NCBI GenBank assembly: GCA_964016885.1 | Contig: OZ024741.1 | Location: 104,656,001 to 104,720,000 of the forward strand | Length of the DNA stretch: 64,000 nt | Direction of reading: 5' to 3' | DNA from: Eledone cirrhosa | Lineage: Eukaryota | In this document: piece by piece, positions 25,960 through 38,900 of the stretch | Position numbering within the stretch: the stretch's first letter is position 1 | Layout of the letters: each line of letters begins with the position of its first letter | Notes under the pieces: model-generated | Seen by the model: the letters and a program-made list of their open reading frames with translations, nothing else | Told to the model about the DNA's origin: nothing | The model's database searches: none | Program-made: the position numbers and the translations under genes

Positions 25960-26332
25960 CATATGAATTAAAAAATAGAGTAAGAAGCCAGGACTATCCG
26001 TCATCAGTAATCTTCTGGCTATTATAGGTATTTTCTCGCTCACATTTCGCATGGCTTGGATGCGTCTTTCATCTTCCCGTCAATGATTCGCCAGATCTTA
26101 TGTTCACTTGTATCACTGACTTGATTTTTCACCCTTTACGTTGCCTTACCATCCTTGTTTGTTTACATGTCTCTATTTCTCCACCGAATTTTTTTATCCC
26201 AATAACTTTATTTAGTTATCGCTCGCGCTTGCCTGAGGTATATGATCTTTAATGCGAAGAAATACCTATAATGGCCAAAATATCACTGATGACGGATAGT
26301 CCTGGCTTCTTACACTGTTTTTTAATTCATAT
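25960..26332. repeat. Element with ~75-bp imperfect terminal inverted repeats, set in (TA)n
   Basis: ATGAATTAAAAAA...AGAAGCCAGGACTATCCGTCATCAGT...TATAGGTATTT and its reverse complement at 26254-26332. Confidence 0.7.
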
Positions 26333-26352
26333 ATATATATATTTTTTTTTAA

Positions 26353-26510
26353 ACGATCGACTTTCGTCAAATCGGAACGAGGAAACAATGTTTCCGTTGG
26401 TCTTTCCAATTGCTAATACTATCTATGTGAGTTCGATTCCTGGACCAGGCGATGCGTTATGTCCTTGAGCAAGACACTTTATTTCACGTTGCTCCTTCTA
26501 TCTGGAGTTG
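26353..26510. mobile_element. S2 SINE copy with 5' inversion
   Basis: 26353-26425 matches 9865-9940 in the same orientation; 26426-26510 matches 9946-10030 in the opposite orientation. Confidence 0.8.
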
Positions 26511-28774
26511 CTACTGTACGTCTGTATACATATATGTATGTACGTATACATACTTATATTTAAGTAACAGCCGTGCTCAGAGTGAGAAATGAAATTTCGT
26601 TTCATTTTTTTCTATTTATCGTTTTCGGAGCCCCCGGCAGATTAACTCAATCGATATGCAAATTAGGCTGCTCATCCGTTAATATGCATAAGGAAAGTAT
26701 ATACTTTCAGACGTTCAATCATCTGGCAGGAAGGTATACGGTGCTGACGATAGCTACTAAGCTTGAAACTTGTACATCGTTCATTTGTCAGTGTTGAACA
26801 AAAGGGCAACGATGGTTGCTAAACACTGTACGGCTTAATTCGGGATGTTTGTTTACAAACAAACAGAGCATTATAATAAATACTCGGTAAATCCATACGT
26901 ACATATATATATGTGTGCATGTATGTATATATATATACATACTACCGTACATCTGTATACATATATGAATGTACGTATACATACTTATATTTAAGTAGCA
27001 GCCGTACTAAGAGAGACAAATGAAATTTCGTTTCATTTTTTCCATTTATCGATTTCGGTGCGCTCGGCCGATTAACTCACTCGATATGCAAATTATGCTG
27101 CTCAGCCGTTAAAATGCATATGGAAAGTATATACTTTCAAACGTTCAATCATCTGGCAGGAAGGTATACGGTGTTGACGATAGCTAATAAGCTTGATACT
27201 AGTACATCATTCCTTTGTCAGTGTTGAACAAAAGGCCAACGATGGTTGCTAAACACTGTACGGCTTAATTCGGGATGTTTGTTTACAAATGCTCGGTAAA
27301 TCCATACGTAGATATATATATGTGTGCATGTATGTATATATATACATACTACCGTACGTCTGTATACATATATGTATGTACGTATACATACTTATATTTA
27401 AGTAACAGCCGTACTAAGTGTGAGAAATGAAATTTCGTTTCATTTTTTTTCCATTTATCGTTTTGGGTGTGCCCGGCCGATTAACTTACTCGATATGCAA
27501 ATTATGCTGCTGAGCCGTTAATATGCATGAGGAAAGTATATACTTTCAGACGTTCAATCATCTGGCTGGAAGGCTTACGGTGCTGACGATAGCTAATAAG
27601 CTTGAAACTTGTACATCGTTCATTTGTCATTGTTGAACAAAAGGGCAACGATGGTTGCTAAACACTGTAGGGCTTAATTCGGGAAGTTTGTTTACAAACA
27701 AACCGAGCAGTATAATAAATGCTCGGTAAATCCATACGTACATATATATATGTGTGCATGTATGTATATACATACATACTACTGTACGGCTGTATACATA
27801 TATGTATGTACGTATACATACTTATATTTAAGCATCAGTCGTACTAAGAGTGGGAAACGAAATTTCGTTTCATTTTTTTCCATTTATCGTTTTCGTTGCG
27901 CCCGGCCGATTACCTCACTCGATATGCAAAATAGGCTGCTTAGCCATTAATATGCATAAGGAAAGTATATACTTTCAGACCTTCAATCATCTGGCAGGAA
28001 GGTATACGGTGCTGACGTAGCTAATAAGCTTGAAACTAATACATCGTTCCTTTGTCAGTGTTGAACAAAAGGGCAACAATCATTTATCGTTTTCGGTGCG
28101 CCCGGCCGATTAACTCACTCGATATGCCAATTATGCTGCACAGCCGTTAATATGCATATGATAAGTATATACTTTCAGACGTTCAATCATCTGGCAGGAA
28201 GGTATACAGTGTTGACGATAGCTAATAAGCTTGAAACTAGTACATCGTTCTTTGACAGTTTTGAACAAAGGGGCAACGATGGTTGCTAAACACTGTACGG
28301 CTTAATTCGGGATGTTTGTTTACAAATGCTCGGTAAATCCATACGTACATATATATGTGTGTGCATGTATGTATATACATACATACTACTGTACGTCTGT
28401 ATACATATATGTATGTACGTATACATACTTATATTTAAGCAACAGTCGTACTAAGAGTGGGAAACGAAATTTCGTTTCATTTTTTTCTATTTATCGTTTT
28501 GTGTGTGCCCGGCCGATTAAACTCACTCGATATGCAAATTAGGTTGTTTAGCCGTTAACATGCATAAGGATAGTATATACTTTCAGGCGTTCAATTATCT
28601 GGCAGGAAGGTATACGGTGCTGACGTAGCTAATAAGCTTGAAACTTGTACATCGTTCCTTTGTCAGTGTTGAACAAAAGGCCAACGATGGTTGCAAAACA
28701 CTGTAAGGCTTAATTCGGGATGTTTGTTTACAAACAAACCGAGCATTATAATAAATGCTCCGTAAATCCATACG

Positions 28775-28808
<34 letters not shown>

Positions 28809-29626
28809 CCTGTATGTATATATATATATACAACTGTACGTCTGTATACATATATGTATGTACGTATACATACTTATATTTAAGTAACAGCCGTATTAAG
28901 ATTGAGAAATGAAATTTCGTTTCATTTTTTTCCATTTATCGCTTTCGGTGCGCCCGGTCGATTAACTCACTCGATATGCAAATTAGGCTGCTTAGCCGTT
29001 AATATTCATAAGGAAAGTATATACTTTCAGACATTCAATCATCCCGCAGGAAGGTATACAGTGCTGACGATAGCTAATAAGCTTGAAACTTGTACATCGT
29101 TCATTTGTCATTGTTGAACAAAAGGGCAACGATGGTTGCTAAACACTGTACGGCTTAATTCGGGATGTTTGTTTACAAATGCTCGGTAAATCGATACGTA
29201 CATATACATATGTGTGCATGTATGTATATACATACATACTACTGTACGTCTGTATACATATATGTATGTACGTATACATACTTATATTTAAGCAACAGTC
29301 GTACTAAGAGTGGGAAACGAAATTTCGTTTCATTTTTTTCCATTTATCGTTTTGTGTGTGCCCGGCCGATTAACTAACTCGATATGCAAATTAGGCTGCT
29401 CAGCCGTTAATATGCATGAGGAAAGTATATACTTTCAGACGTTCAATCATTTGGCAGGAAGGTATACAGTGCTGACGATAGCTAATAAGCTTGAAACTTG
29501 TACATCGTTCATTTGTCAGTGTTGAACAAATGGGCAACTATGGTTGCTAAACACTGTACGGCTCAATTCGGGATGTTTATTTACAAACAAACCGAGCATT
29601 ATAATAAATGTTCGGTAAATCCATAC

Positions 29627-29697
<71 letters not shown>

Positions 29698-32508
29698 CAT
29701 GTATGCATATATATATACATACTACTGTACGTCTGTATACATATATGTATGTACATATACATACTTATATTTAAGTAACAGCCGTACTAACAGTGAGAAA
29801 AGAAATTTCGTTTCATTTTTTTTTCCATTTATCGTTTTGGGTGTGCCCGGCCGATTAACTCACTCGACATGCAAATTAGGCTGCTTAGCCGTTAACATGC
29901 ATAAGGATAGTATATACTTTCAGACCTTCAATCATCTGGCAGGAAGGTATACGGTGCTGACGTAGCTAATAAGCTTGAAACTAATACATCGTTCCTTTGT
30001 CAGTGTTGAACAAAAGGCCAACGATGGTTGCTAAACACTGTAAGGCTTAATTTGGGATGTTTGTTTACAAACAAACCGATCATTATAATAAATGCTCGGT
30101 AAATCCATACGTATATATATATATATGTGTGCCTGTATGTATATATATATATACAACTGTACGTCTGTATACATATATGTATGTACGTATACATACTTAT
30201 ATTTAAGTAACAGCCGTATTAAGATTGAGAAATGAAATTTCGTTTCTTTTTTTTCTCCATTTATCGCTTTCGGTGAGCCCGGTCGATTAACTCACTCGAT
30301 ATGCAAATTAGGCTGCTTAGCCGTTAATATTCATACGGAAAGTATATACTTTCAGACGTTCAATCATCTGGCAGGAAGGTATACGGTGCTGACGATAGCT
30401 AATAAGCTTGAAACTAGTACATCGTTCCTTTGTCAGTGTTGAACAAAAGGGCAACAACCATTTATCGTTTTCGGTGCACCCGGCCGATTAACTCACTCGA
30501 TATGGAAATTATGCTGATCAGCCGTTAATATCCATATGGAAAGTATATACTTTCAGACGTTCAATCATCTGGAAGGAAGGTATACAGTGCTGACGATAGC
30601 TAAAAAACTTGAAACTAGTACATCGTTCCTTTGTCAGTGTTGAATAAAAGGACAACGATGGTTGCTAAACACTGTACGGCATAATTCGGGATGTTTATTT
30701 ACAAACAAACCGAGCATTATAATAAATGCTCGGTAAATCCATACGTACAAATATATATGTGTGCAGGTATGTATATATATACATACTACTGTAAGTCTGT
30801 ATACATATATGTATGTACGTATCATATTATATTTAAGTAACAGCCGTACTAAGAGTGAGAAAAGAAATTTCGTTTCATTTTTCTTTCCATTTATCGTTTT
30901 GGGTGTGCCCGGCCGATTAACTCACTCGATATGCAAATTAGGCGGCTTAGCCGTTAACATGCATAAGGAAAGTATATACTTTCAGACCTTCAATCATCTG
31001 GCAGGAAGGCTTACGATGCTGACGATAGCTAATAAGCTTGAAACTAGTAAATCATTCCTTTGTCAGTGTTGAACAAAAGGCCAACGATGGTTGCTAAACA
31101 CTGTACGGCTTAATTCGGGATGTTTATTTACAAACAAACCGAGCATTATAATAAATGCTCGGTAAATCCATACGTACATATATATATATGTGTGCATGTA
31201 TATATATATATACTACTGTACGTCTGTATACATATATGTATGTACGTATACATACTTATATTTAAGCAACAGCCGTATTAAGAGTGAGAAATGAAATTTC
31301 GTTTCATTTTTTTTCCATTTATCGCTTTCGGTGCGCCCGGCCGATTAACTCACTCGATATGCAAATTAGGCTGCTTAGCCGTTAATATGCATAAGGAAAG
31401 TATATACTTTCAGACGTTCAATCATCTGGCAGGAAGGTATACGGTGCTGACGATAGCTAATAAGCTTGAAACTAGTACATCGTTCATTGTCAGTGTTGAA
31501 CAAAAGGGCAACGATGATTGCTAAACACTGTACGGATTAATTCGCGATGTTTGTTTACAAATGCTCGGTAAATCCATACGTACATATATATATGTGTACA
31601 TGTATGTATATACATACATACTACTGCACGTCTGTATACATATATGTATGTACGTATACTTACTTATATTTAAGTAACAGCCGTACTAAGAGTGGGAAAC
31701 GAAATTTCGTTTCATTTTTTTTCATTTATCGTTTTCGGTGCGCCCGGCCGATTAACTCACTCGATATGCAAAATAGGCTGCTTAGCCGTTAATATGCATA
31801 AGGAAAGTATATACTTTCAGACGTTCAATCATCTGGCAGGAAGGTATACGGTGCTGACGATAGCTAATAAGCTTGAAACTAGTACATCGTTCCTTTGTCA
31901 GTGTTGAACAAAAGGGCAACAACCATTTATCGTTTTCGGTGCGCCCGGCCGATTAACTCACTCGATATGCAAATTAGGCTGCTCAGCCGTTAATATGCAT
32001 ATGACACGTATATACTTTCAGACGTTTAATCATCTGGCAGGAAAGTATACGGTACTGACGATAGCTAATAAGCTTGAAACTAGTACATCATTCCTTTGTC
32101 AGTGTTGAACAAAAGGGCAACGCTGGCTGCTAAACACTGTACGGCTTAATTCGGGATATTTGTTTACAAACAAACCGAGCATTATAATTAATGCTCGGTA
32201 AATCCATACGTACATATATATATATATGTGCGTGCATGTATGTATATATATACATACTACTGTACGTCTGTATACATATATGTATGTACGTATACATACT
32301 TATATATAAGTAACAGCCGTACTAAGAGTGGGAAACGCAATTTCGTTTCATTTTTTTCCATTTATCGTTTTCTGTGCGCCCAGCCGATTTACTCACTCGA
32401 TATGCAAATTATGCTGCTCAGCCGTTAATATGCATAAGGAAAGTGTATACGTTAAGTAACAGCCGTAGTAAGAGTGAGAAATGAAATTTCGTTTCATTTA
32501 TTTCCATT
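26511..32508 (+). repeat. Tandem array of HHR-bearing monomers (non-LTR retrozyme-like), 15 HHR motifs
   Basis: ACGGTG-CTGACGA-TAGCT-AATA-AGCTT-GAAA-CTAG-TA-CATCGT recurs at 26744, 27174, 27583, 28012, 28212, 28620, 29064, 29472, 29957, 30389, 30590, 31019, 31447, 31854 and 32055. Confidence 0.9.
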
Positions 32509-32510
32509 TA

Positions 32511-32559
<49 letters not shown>

Positions 32560-32749
32560 AACATACAAACATTTAACAATCGAAGTATTGTACAATCTAC
32601 TCTACCCCGTGAGGAGGTGGAGTGTCTGTTCCACCACGTCTCTCTCGCCATCCCCCGGGCAATGCCTTCTCCATCCTGTCGGCCGGGGCACGAGGCAGAC
32701 TGGCCCTTGAACAGAGAGTGGCATATACAGATCACGCACGCACATACAC

Positions 32750-32802
<53 letters not shown>

Positions 32803-33775
32803 GGGGGGAGAGCATTATTATCCTGCTAATTTTTACTTAAGAGAGATCAGTTAAAGGAATATTTAAATTAAAGGAATATCACTTCCTCCTTTACACGAGT
32901 CATGTTTAACCTCACATTTTTGTTTCTTTGCGGGAGAATTACTATCACTTATATGTGTGACGTATCCTCTAGCTTTTAAAACATATATTCTAGTACCGAT
33001 ACGATGACCAAACTTTATTTCTATTCATATGACGGTGAAATTTGATTCTCTATTCTTTAATGAAAAGAATAAGGGAGAGAGAAGAAAGAAAGGAAGAAAG
33101 AAATAATTGGATTTTAATATTCGCCTTCCTCCCGCAACACGTCATTTTACTTGTCTGACAACTGTCGTTCAACTTCACCCTTTCCCATTTCATATATTGT
33201 TGAGGTGAGGAAGTAGAGACATTAGAAGGTCATCATGTATAGCAACGTACTGACGGTATCTCAGGCTAAAGAATGGTTTATTTGGGTTAAGGCTAATGGC
33301 AGAAATAGGAACATAAGATACAATACGTAGTATAGTTTTAACTGACCTTGGAGAAATGAATGCTAAATTGGTTGTTGTTGTGTAACCCTACGTCTGTGTT
33401 GATCCACCAGATCTATATGCAAAGACATTCTAGCAATTTTAACCTGCCGTTTTGGGGTTTTTTTGGGGGGGGCAATCAGTGTAGCCCCGGATTACTTTAT
33501 CAAAAGTCCCTTTAAAAAGATATGGTAGATGTGATTTGAGGGAAAGTTAGCTAAAACTTTTCGCAAGTCGAGAGATTGCGCAGAAGTTTTTAACTTCTCT
33601 TGTCCTTGTCTGAGGACTGTACACATTCATTTTCATTTTTTTTTTAACTAAAAAATGTAAATTCTTGCAAAGCTAGACATTAAAGTGGTCTACAGTTCAC
33701 TGGTACAGTACAGATATATATATATATATACATTTTTGTGTTAACACATTCAAGAAATATATATATATATATATG

Positions 33776-34039
33776 TATAATTGATACTGGTATCATTATG
33801 AGTTATTAATCTCTGCATTCTATTTGTATATATATATATATATATATGTATAATTGATACTGGTATCATTATGAGTTATTAATCTCTGCATTCTATTTGT
33901 ATATATATATATATATATGTATAATTGATACTGGTATCATTATGAGTTATTAATCTCTGCATTCTATTTGTATATATATATATATATATGTATAATTGAT
34001 ACTGGTATCATTATGAGTTATTAATCTCTGCATTCTATT

Positions 34040-34045
<6 letters not shown>
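33776..34045. repeat. ~70-bp tandem repeat, 4 copies (51-bp core + variable TA)
   Basis: TATAATTGATACTGGTATCATTATGAGTTATTAATCTCTGCATTCTATTTG(TA)n, identical cores. Confidence 0.93.
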
Positions 34046-34119
<74 letters not shown>

Positions 34120-34120
34120 T

Positions 34121-34154
<34 letters not shown>

Positions 34155-34155
34155 T

Positions 34156-34265
<110 letters not shown>

Positions 34266-34316
34266 TATATATGCATATATATATATTTATATATATATAT
34301 ATATATGAATATATAT

Positions 34317-34369
<53 letters not shown>

Positions 34370-34482
34370 TATAAATGAATATGTATATATATGTATAAAT
34401 ATATGTATATATATATATATATATATAAATGAATATGTATATATATGTATATATATATGAATATATATATATAAATGAATAT

Positions 34483-35218
<736 letters not shown>

Positions 35219-35460
35219 AAAGTTCTATTTAAATTGTTGGGATACAACAAGCAAATATTTTTATAACTGATATAAAGCACTCGACAAGTATTTGGAGTAG
35301 ATATACGATATTAACAAATGGAAACTATATTTATAAAACCATATTTATTTCATTATACATATGTCGTCCAAAAGACATGATGTCGGCCAAAAGTAATGGT
35401 CGCATTTTGAAAGGGTACGTCAATGTTTATTTATAAAACTGGTATATATGTATATATTGT

Positions 35461-35523
35461 ATTTTGTCTGATGAAGGCATACCATAATTTAACTTGGTAT
35501 CCTTGAAATATGTATAATGAAAT
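35461..35523 (+). ncRNA. Type-I hammerhead inside a small fold-back element (35300-35570)
   Basis: ATTTTGT-CTGATGA(35468)-AGG-C-ATACCA...TGGTAT-CCTT-GAAA-TATGTA-TA-ATGAAAT; the downstream ~60 bp is repeated inverted at 35303-35362. Confidence 0.72.
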
Positions 35524-35570
35524 AAATATGGTTTTATAAATATAGTTTCCATTTGTTAATATCGTATATA

Positions 35571-35618
<48 letters not shown>

Positions 35619-35931
35619 GATTTTTAACCGCTTTCAAACCGTGCAGCAGTTGTCTAAAAAAAATAGGTCATACTTAGGATTCAGGGGAAAGCAGTCACAT
35701 CTGTTTCGTTTCATTCGTCTCTTTATAAGGCATGTTTATCTTATTATTTATTCAGAGTAGGGAGGACATTACACATGACCTCTTTCAGAACCTCTTACTG
35801 CTGGAGGTCTGGCTAAAATATTTGAACTAAAATATTTGTCTGGCTAAAATAAGTGTACTTTGCTCTGTTTAAGTGTCAAATAGGTGGTATAAAAACCAGG
35901 CGGCGATATATTAAGTCTACTACTCCACCAA

Positions 35932-38900
35932 GTTGGTGGTGGTGTCGTTGTTGTTGTTGGTGGTGTCGTTGTTGTTGGTGGTGTCGTTGTTGGTGGTGGT
36001 GTCTTTGTTGGTGGTGGTGTCTTTGTTGTTGTTGGTGGTGTCGTTGTTGTTGTTGGTGGTGTCGTTGTTGTTGGTGGTGTCGTTGTTGGTGGTGGTGTCG
36101 TTGTTGTTGGTGGTGTCGTTGTTGTTGTTGGTGGTGTCGTTGTTTTTAGTGGTGTCGTTGTTGTTGTTGGTGTCGTTGTTGGTGGTGGTGTCGTTGTTGT
36201 TGGTGGTGTCGTCGTTGTTGTTGGTGGTGTCGTTGTTGGTGGTGGTGTCGTTGTTGGTGGTGTCGTTGTTGTTGGTGGTGGTGTCGTTGTTGGTGGTGGT
36301 GTCGTTGTTGCTGGTGTCGTTGTTCGTGGTGGTGGTGTCGTTGTTGGTGGTGGTGTCGTTGTTGTTGTTGGTGGTGTCGTTGTTGGTGGTGTCGTTGTTG
36401 TTGGTGGTGTCTTTGTTGGTGGTGGTGTCGTTGTTGTTGGTGGTGTCGTTGTTGGTGGTGTCGTTGTTGTTGGTGGTGTTGTTGTTGGTGGTGGTGTCGT
36501 TGTTGTTGGTGGTGTCGTTGTTGGTGGTGGTGTCGTTGTTGTTGGTGGTGGTGTCGTTGTTGTTGGTGTCGTTGTTGTTGGTGGTGTCTTTGTTGGTGGT
36601 GGTGTCTTTGTTGGTGGTGGTGTCGTTGTTGTTGGTGGTGTTGTTGTTGTTGGTGGTGTCGTTGTTGTTGGTGGTGTCGTTGTTGTTGGTGGTGTCGTTG
36701 TTGTTGGTGGTGTCGTTGTTGTTGGTGGTGTCGTTGTTGTTGGTGGTGTTGTTGTTGTTGGTGGTGTCGTTGTTGGTGGTGGTGTCGTTGTTGTTGGTGG
36801 TGTCGTTGTTGTTGGTGGTGTTGTTGTTGTTGGTGGTGTCGTTGTTGTTGGTGGTGTTGTTGTTGTTGGTGGTGTTGTTGTTGTTGGTGGTGTCGTTGTT
36901 GTTGTTGGTGTCGTTGTTGTTGGTGGTGGCGTTGTTGGTGGTGGTGTCGTTGTTGTTGGTGGTATCGTTGTTGGTGGTGGTGTCGTTGTTGTTGGTGGTG
37001 TTGTTGTTGTTGGTGGTGTCGTTGTTGTTGTTGTTGGTGTCGTTGTTGTTGGTGGTGGCGTTGTCATTGTTGGTGGTGTCGTTGTTGTTGGTGGTGTCGT
37101 TGTTGTTGTTGGTGTCGTTGTTGTTGGTGGTGTCGTTGTTGTTGGTGGTGTCGTTGTTGGTGGTGTCGTTGTTCGTGGTGGTGGTGTCGTTGTTGTTGCT
37201 GGTGGTGTCGTTGTTTGTAGTGGTGTTGTTGTTGTTGGTGGTGTCGTTGTTGGTGGTGGTGTCGTTGTTGGTGGTGTCGTTGTTGTTGGTGGTGGTGTCG
37301 TTGTTGTTGGTGGTGTCGTCGTTGTTGGTGGTGTCGTTGTTGTTGTTGGTGGTGTCGTTGTTTTTAGTGGTGTCGTTGTTGTTGTTGGTGGTGTCGTTGT
37401 TGTTGGTGGTGTCGTTGTTGTTGTTGGTGGTGTCGTTGTTGTTGTTGTTGGTGGTGTCGTTGTTTTTGGTGGTGTCGTTGTTGGTGGTGGTGTCGTTGTT
37501 GGTGACGGTGTCGTTGTTGTTGGTGGTGTCGTTGTTAGTGGTGTCGTTGTTGGTGGTGGTGTCTTTGTTTGTAGTGGTGTCGTTGTTGTTGGTGGTGTCG
37601 TTGTTGTTGGTGGTGTTGTTGTTGTTGGTGGTGTCGTTGTTGTTGGTGGTGTCGTTGTTGTTGGTGGTGGTGTCGTTGTTGTTGTTGGTGGTGTCGTTGT
37701 TGTTGGTGGTGTCGTTGTTGTTGTTGGTGTCGTTGTTGGTGGTGGTGTCGTTGTTGTTGGTGGTGTCGTCGTTGTTGTTGGTGGTGTCGTTGTTGGTGGT
37801 GGTGTCGTTGTTGGTGGTGTCGTTGTTGTTGGTGGTGGTGTCGTTGTTGGTGGTGGTGTCGTTGTTGCTGGTGTCGTTGTTCGTGGTGGTGGTGTCGTTG
37901 TTGGTGGTGGGGTCGTTGTTGTTGTTGGTGGTGTCGTTGTTGGTGGTGTCGTTGTTGTTGGTGGTGTCTTTGTTGGTGGTGGTGTCGTTGTTGTTGGTGG
38001 TGTCGTTGTTGGTGGTGTCGTTGTTGTTGGTGGTGTTGTTGTTGGTGGTGGTGTCGTTGTTGTTGGTGGTGTCGTTGTTGGTGGTGGTGTCGTTGTTGTT
38101 GGTGGTGGTGTCGTTGTTGTTGGTGTCGTTGTTGTTGGTGGTGTCTTTGTTGGTGGTGGTGTCTTTGTTGGTGGTGGTGTCGTTGTTGTTGGTGGTGTTG
38201 TTGTTGTTGGTGGTGTCGTTGTTGTTGGTGGTGTCGTTGTTGTTGGTGGTGTCGTTGTTGTTGGTGGTGTCGTTGTTGTTGGTGGTGTCGTTGTTGTTGG
38301 TGGTGTTGTTGTTGTTGGTGGTGTCGTTGTTGGTGGTGGTGTCGTTGTTGTTGGTGGTGTCGTTGTTGTTGGTGGTGTTGTTGTTGTTGGTGGTGTCGTT
38401 GTTGTTGGTGGTGTTGTTGTTGTTGGTGGTGTTGTTGTTGTTGGTGGTGTCGTTGTTGTTGTTGGTGTCGTTGTTGTTGGTGGTGGCGTTGTTGGTGGTG
38501 GTGTCGTTGTTGTTGGTGGTATCGTTGTTGTTGGTGGTGTCGTTGTTGTTGGTGGTGTTGTTGTTGTTGGTGGTGTCGTTGTTGTTGTTGGTGTCGTTGT
38601 TGTTGGTGGTGGCGTTGTCATTGTTGGTGGTGTCGTTGTTGTTGTTGGTGGTGTCGTTGTTGTTGTTGGTGTCGTTGTTGTTGGTGGTGTCGTTGTTGTT
38701 GGTGGTGTCGTTGTTGGTGGTGTCGTTGTTCGTGGTGGTGGTGTCGTTGTTGTTGCTGGTGGTGTCGTTGTTTGTAGTGGTGTTGTTGTTGTTGGTGGTG
38801 TCGTTGTTGGTGGTGGTGTCGTTGTTGGTGGTGTCGTTGTTGTTGGTGGTGGTGTCGTTGTTGTTGGTGGTGTCGTCGTTGTTGGTGGTGTCGTTGTTGT

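Noticed and set aside
26254-26310. Hammerhead around CTGATGA at ~26286
   Set aside because: No downstream GAAA with a closing stem II, and a type-II arrangement pairs poorly
26511-32508. CRISPR-like array or repeated small-protein genes (e.g. MRNEISFHFF...)
   Set aside because: Whole units are repeated with no unique spacers, the context is eukaryotic, and the ORFs shift frame between copies
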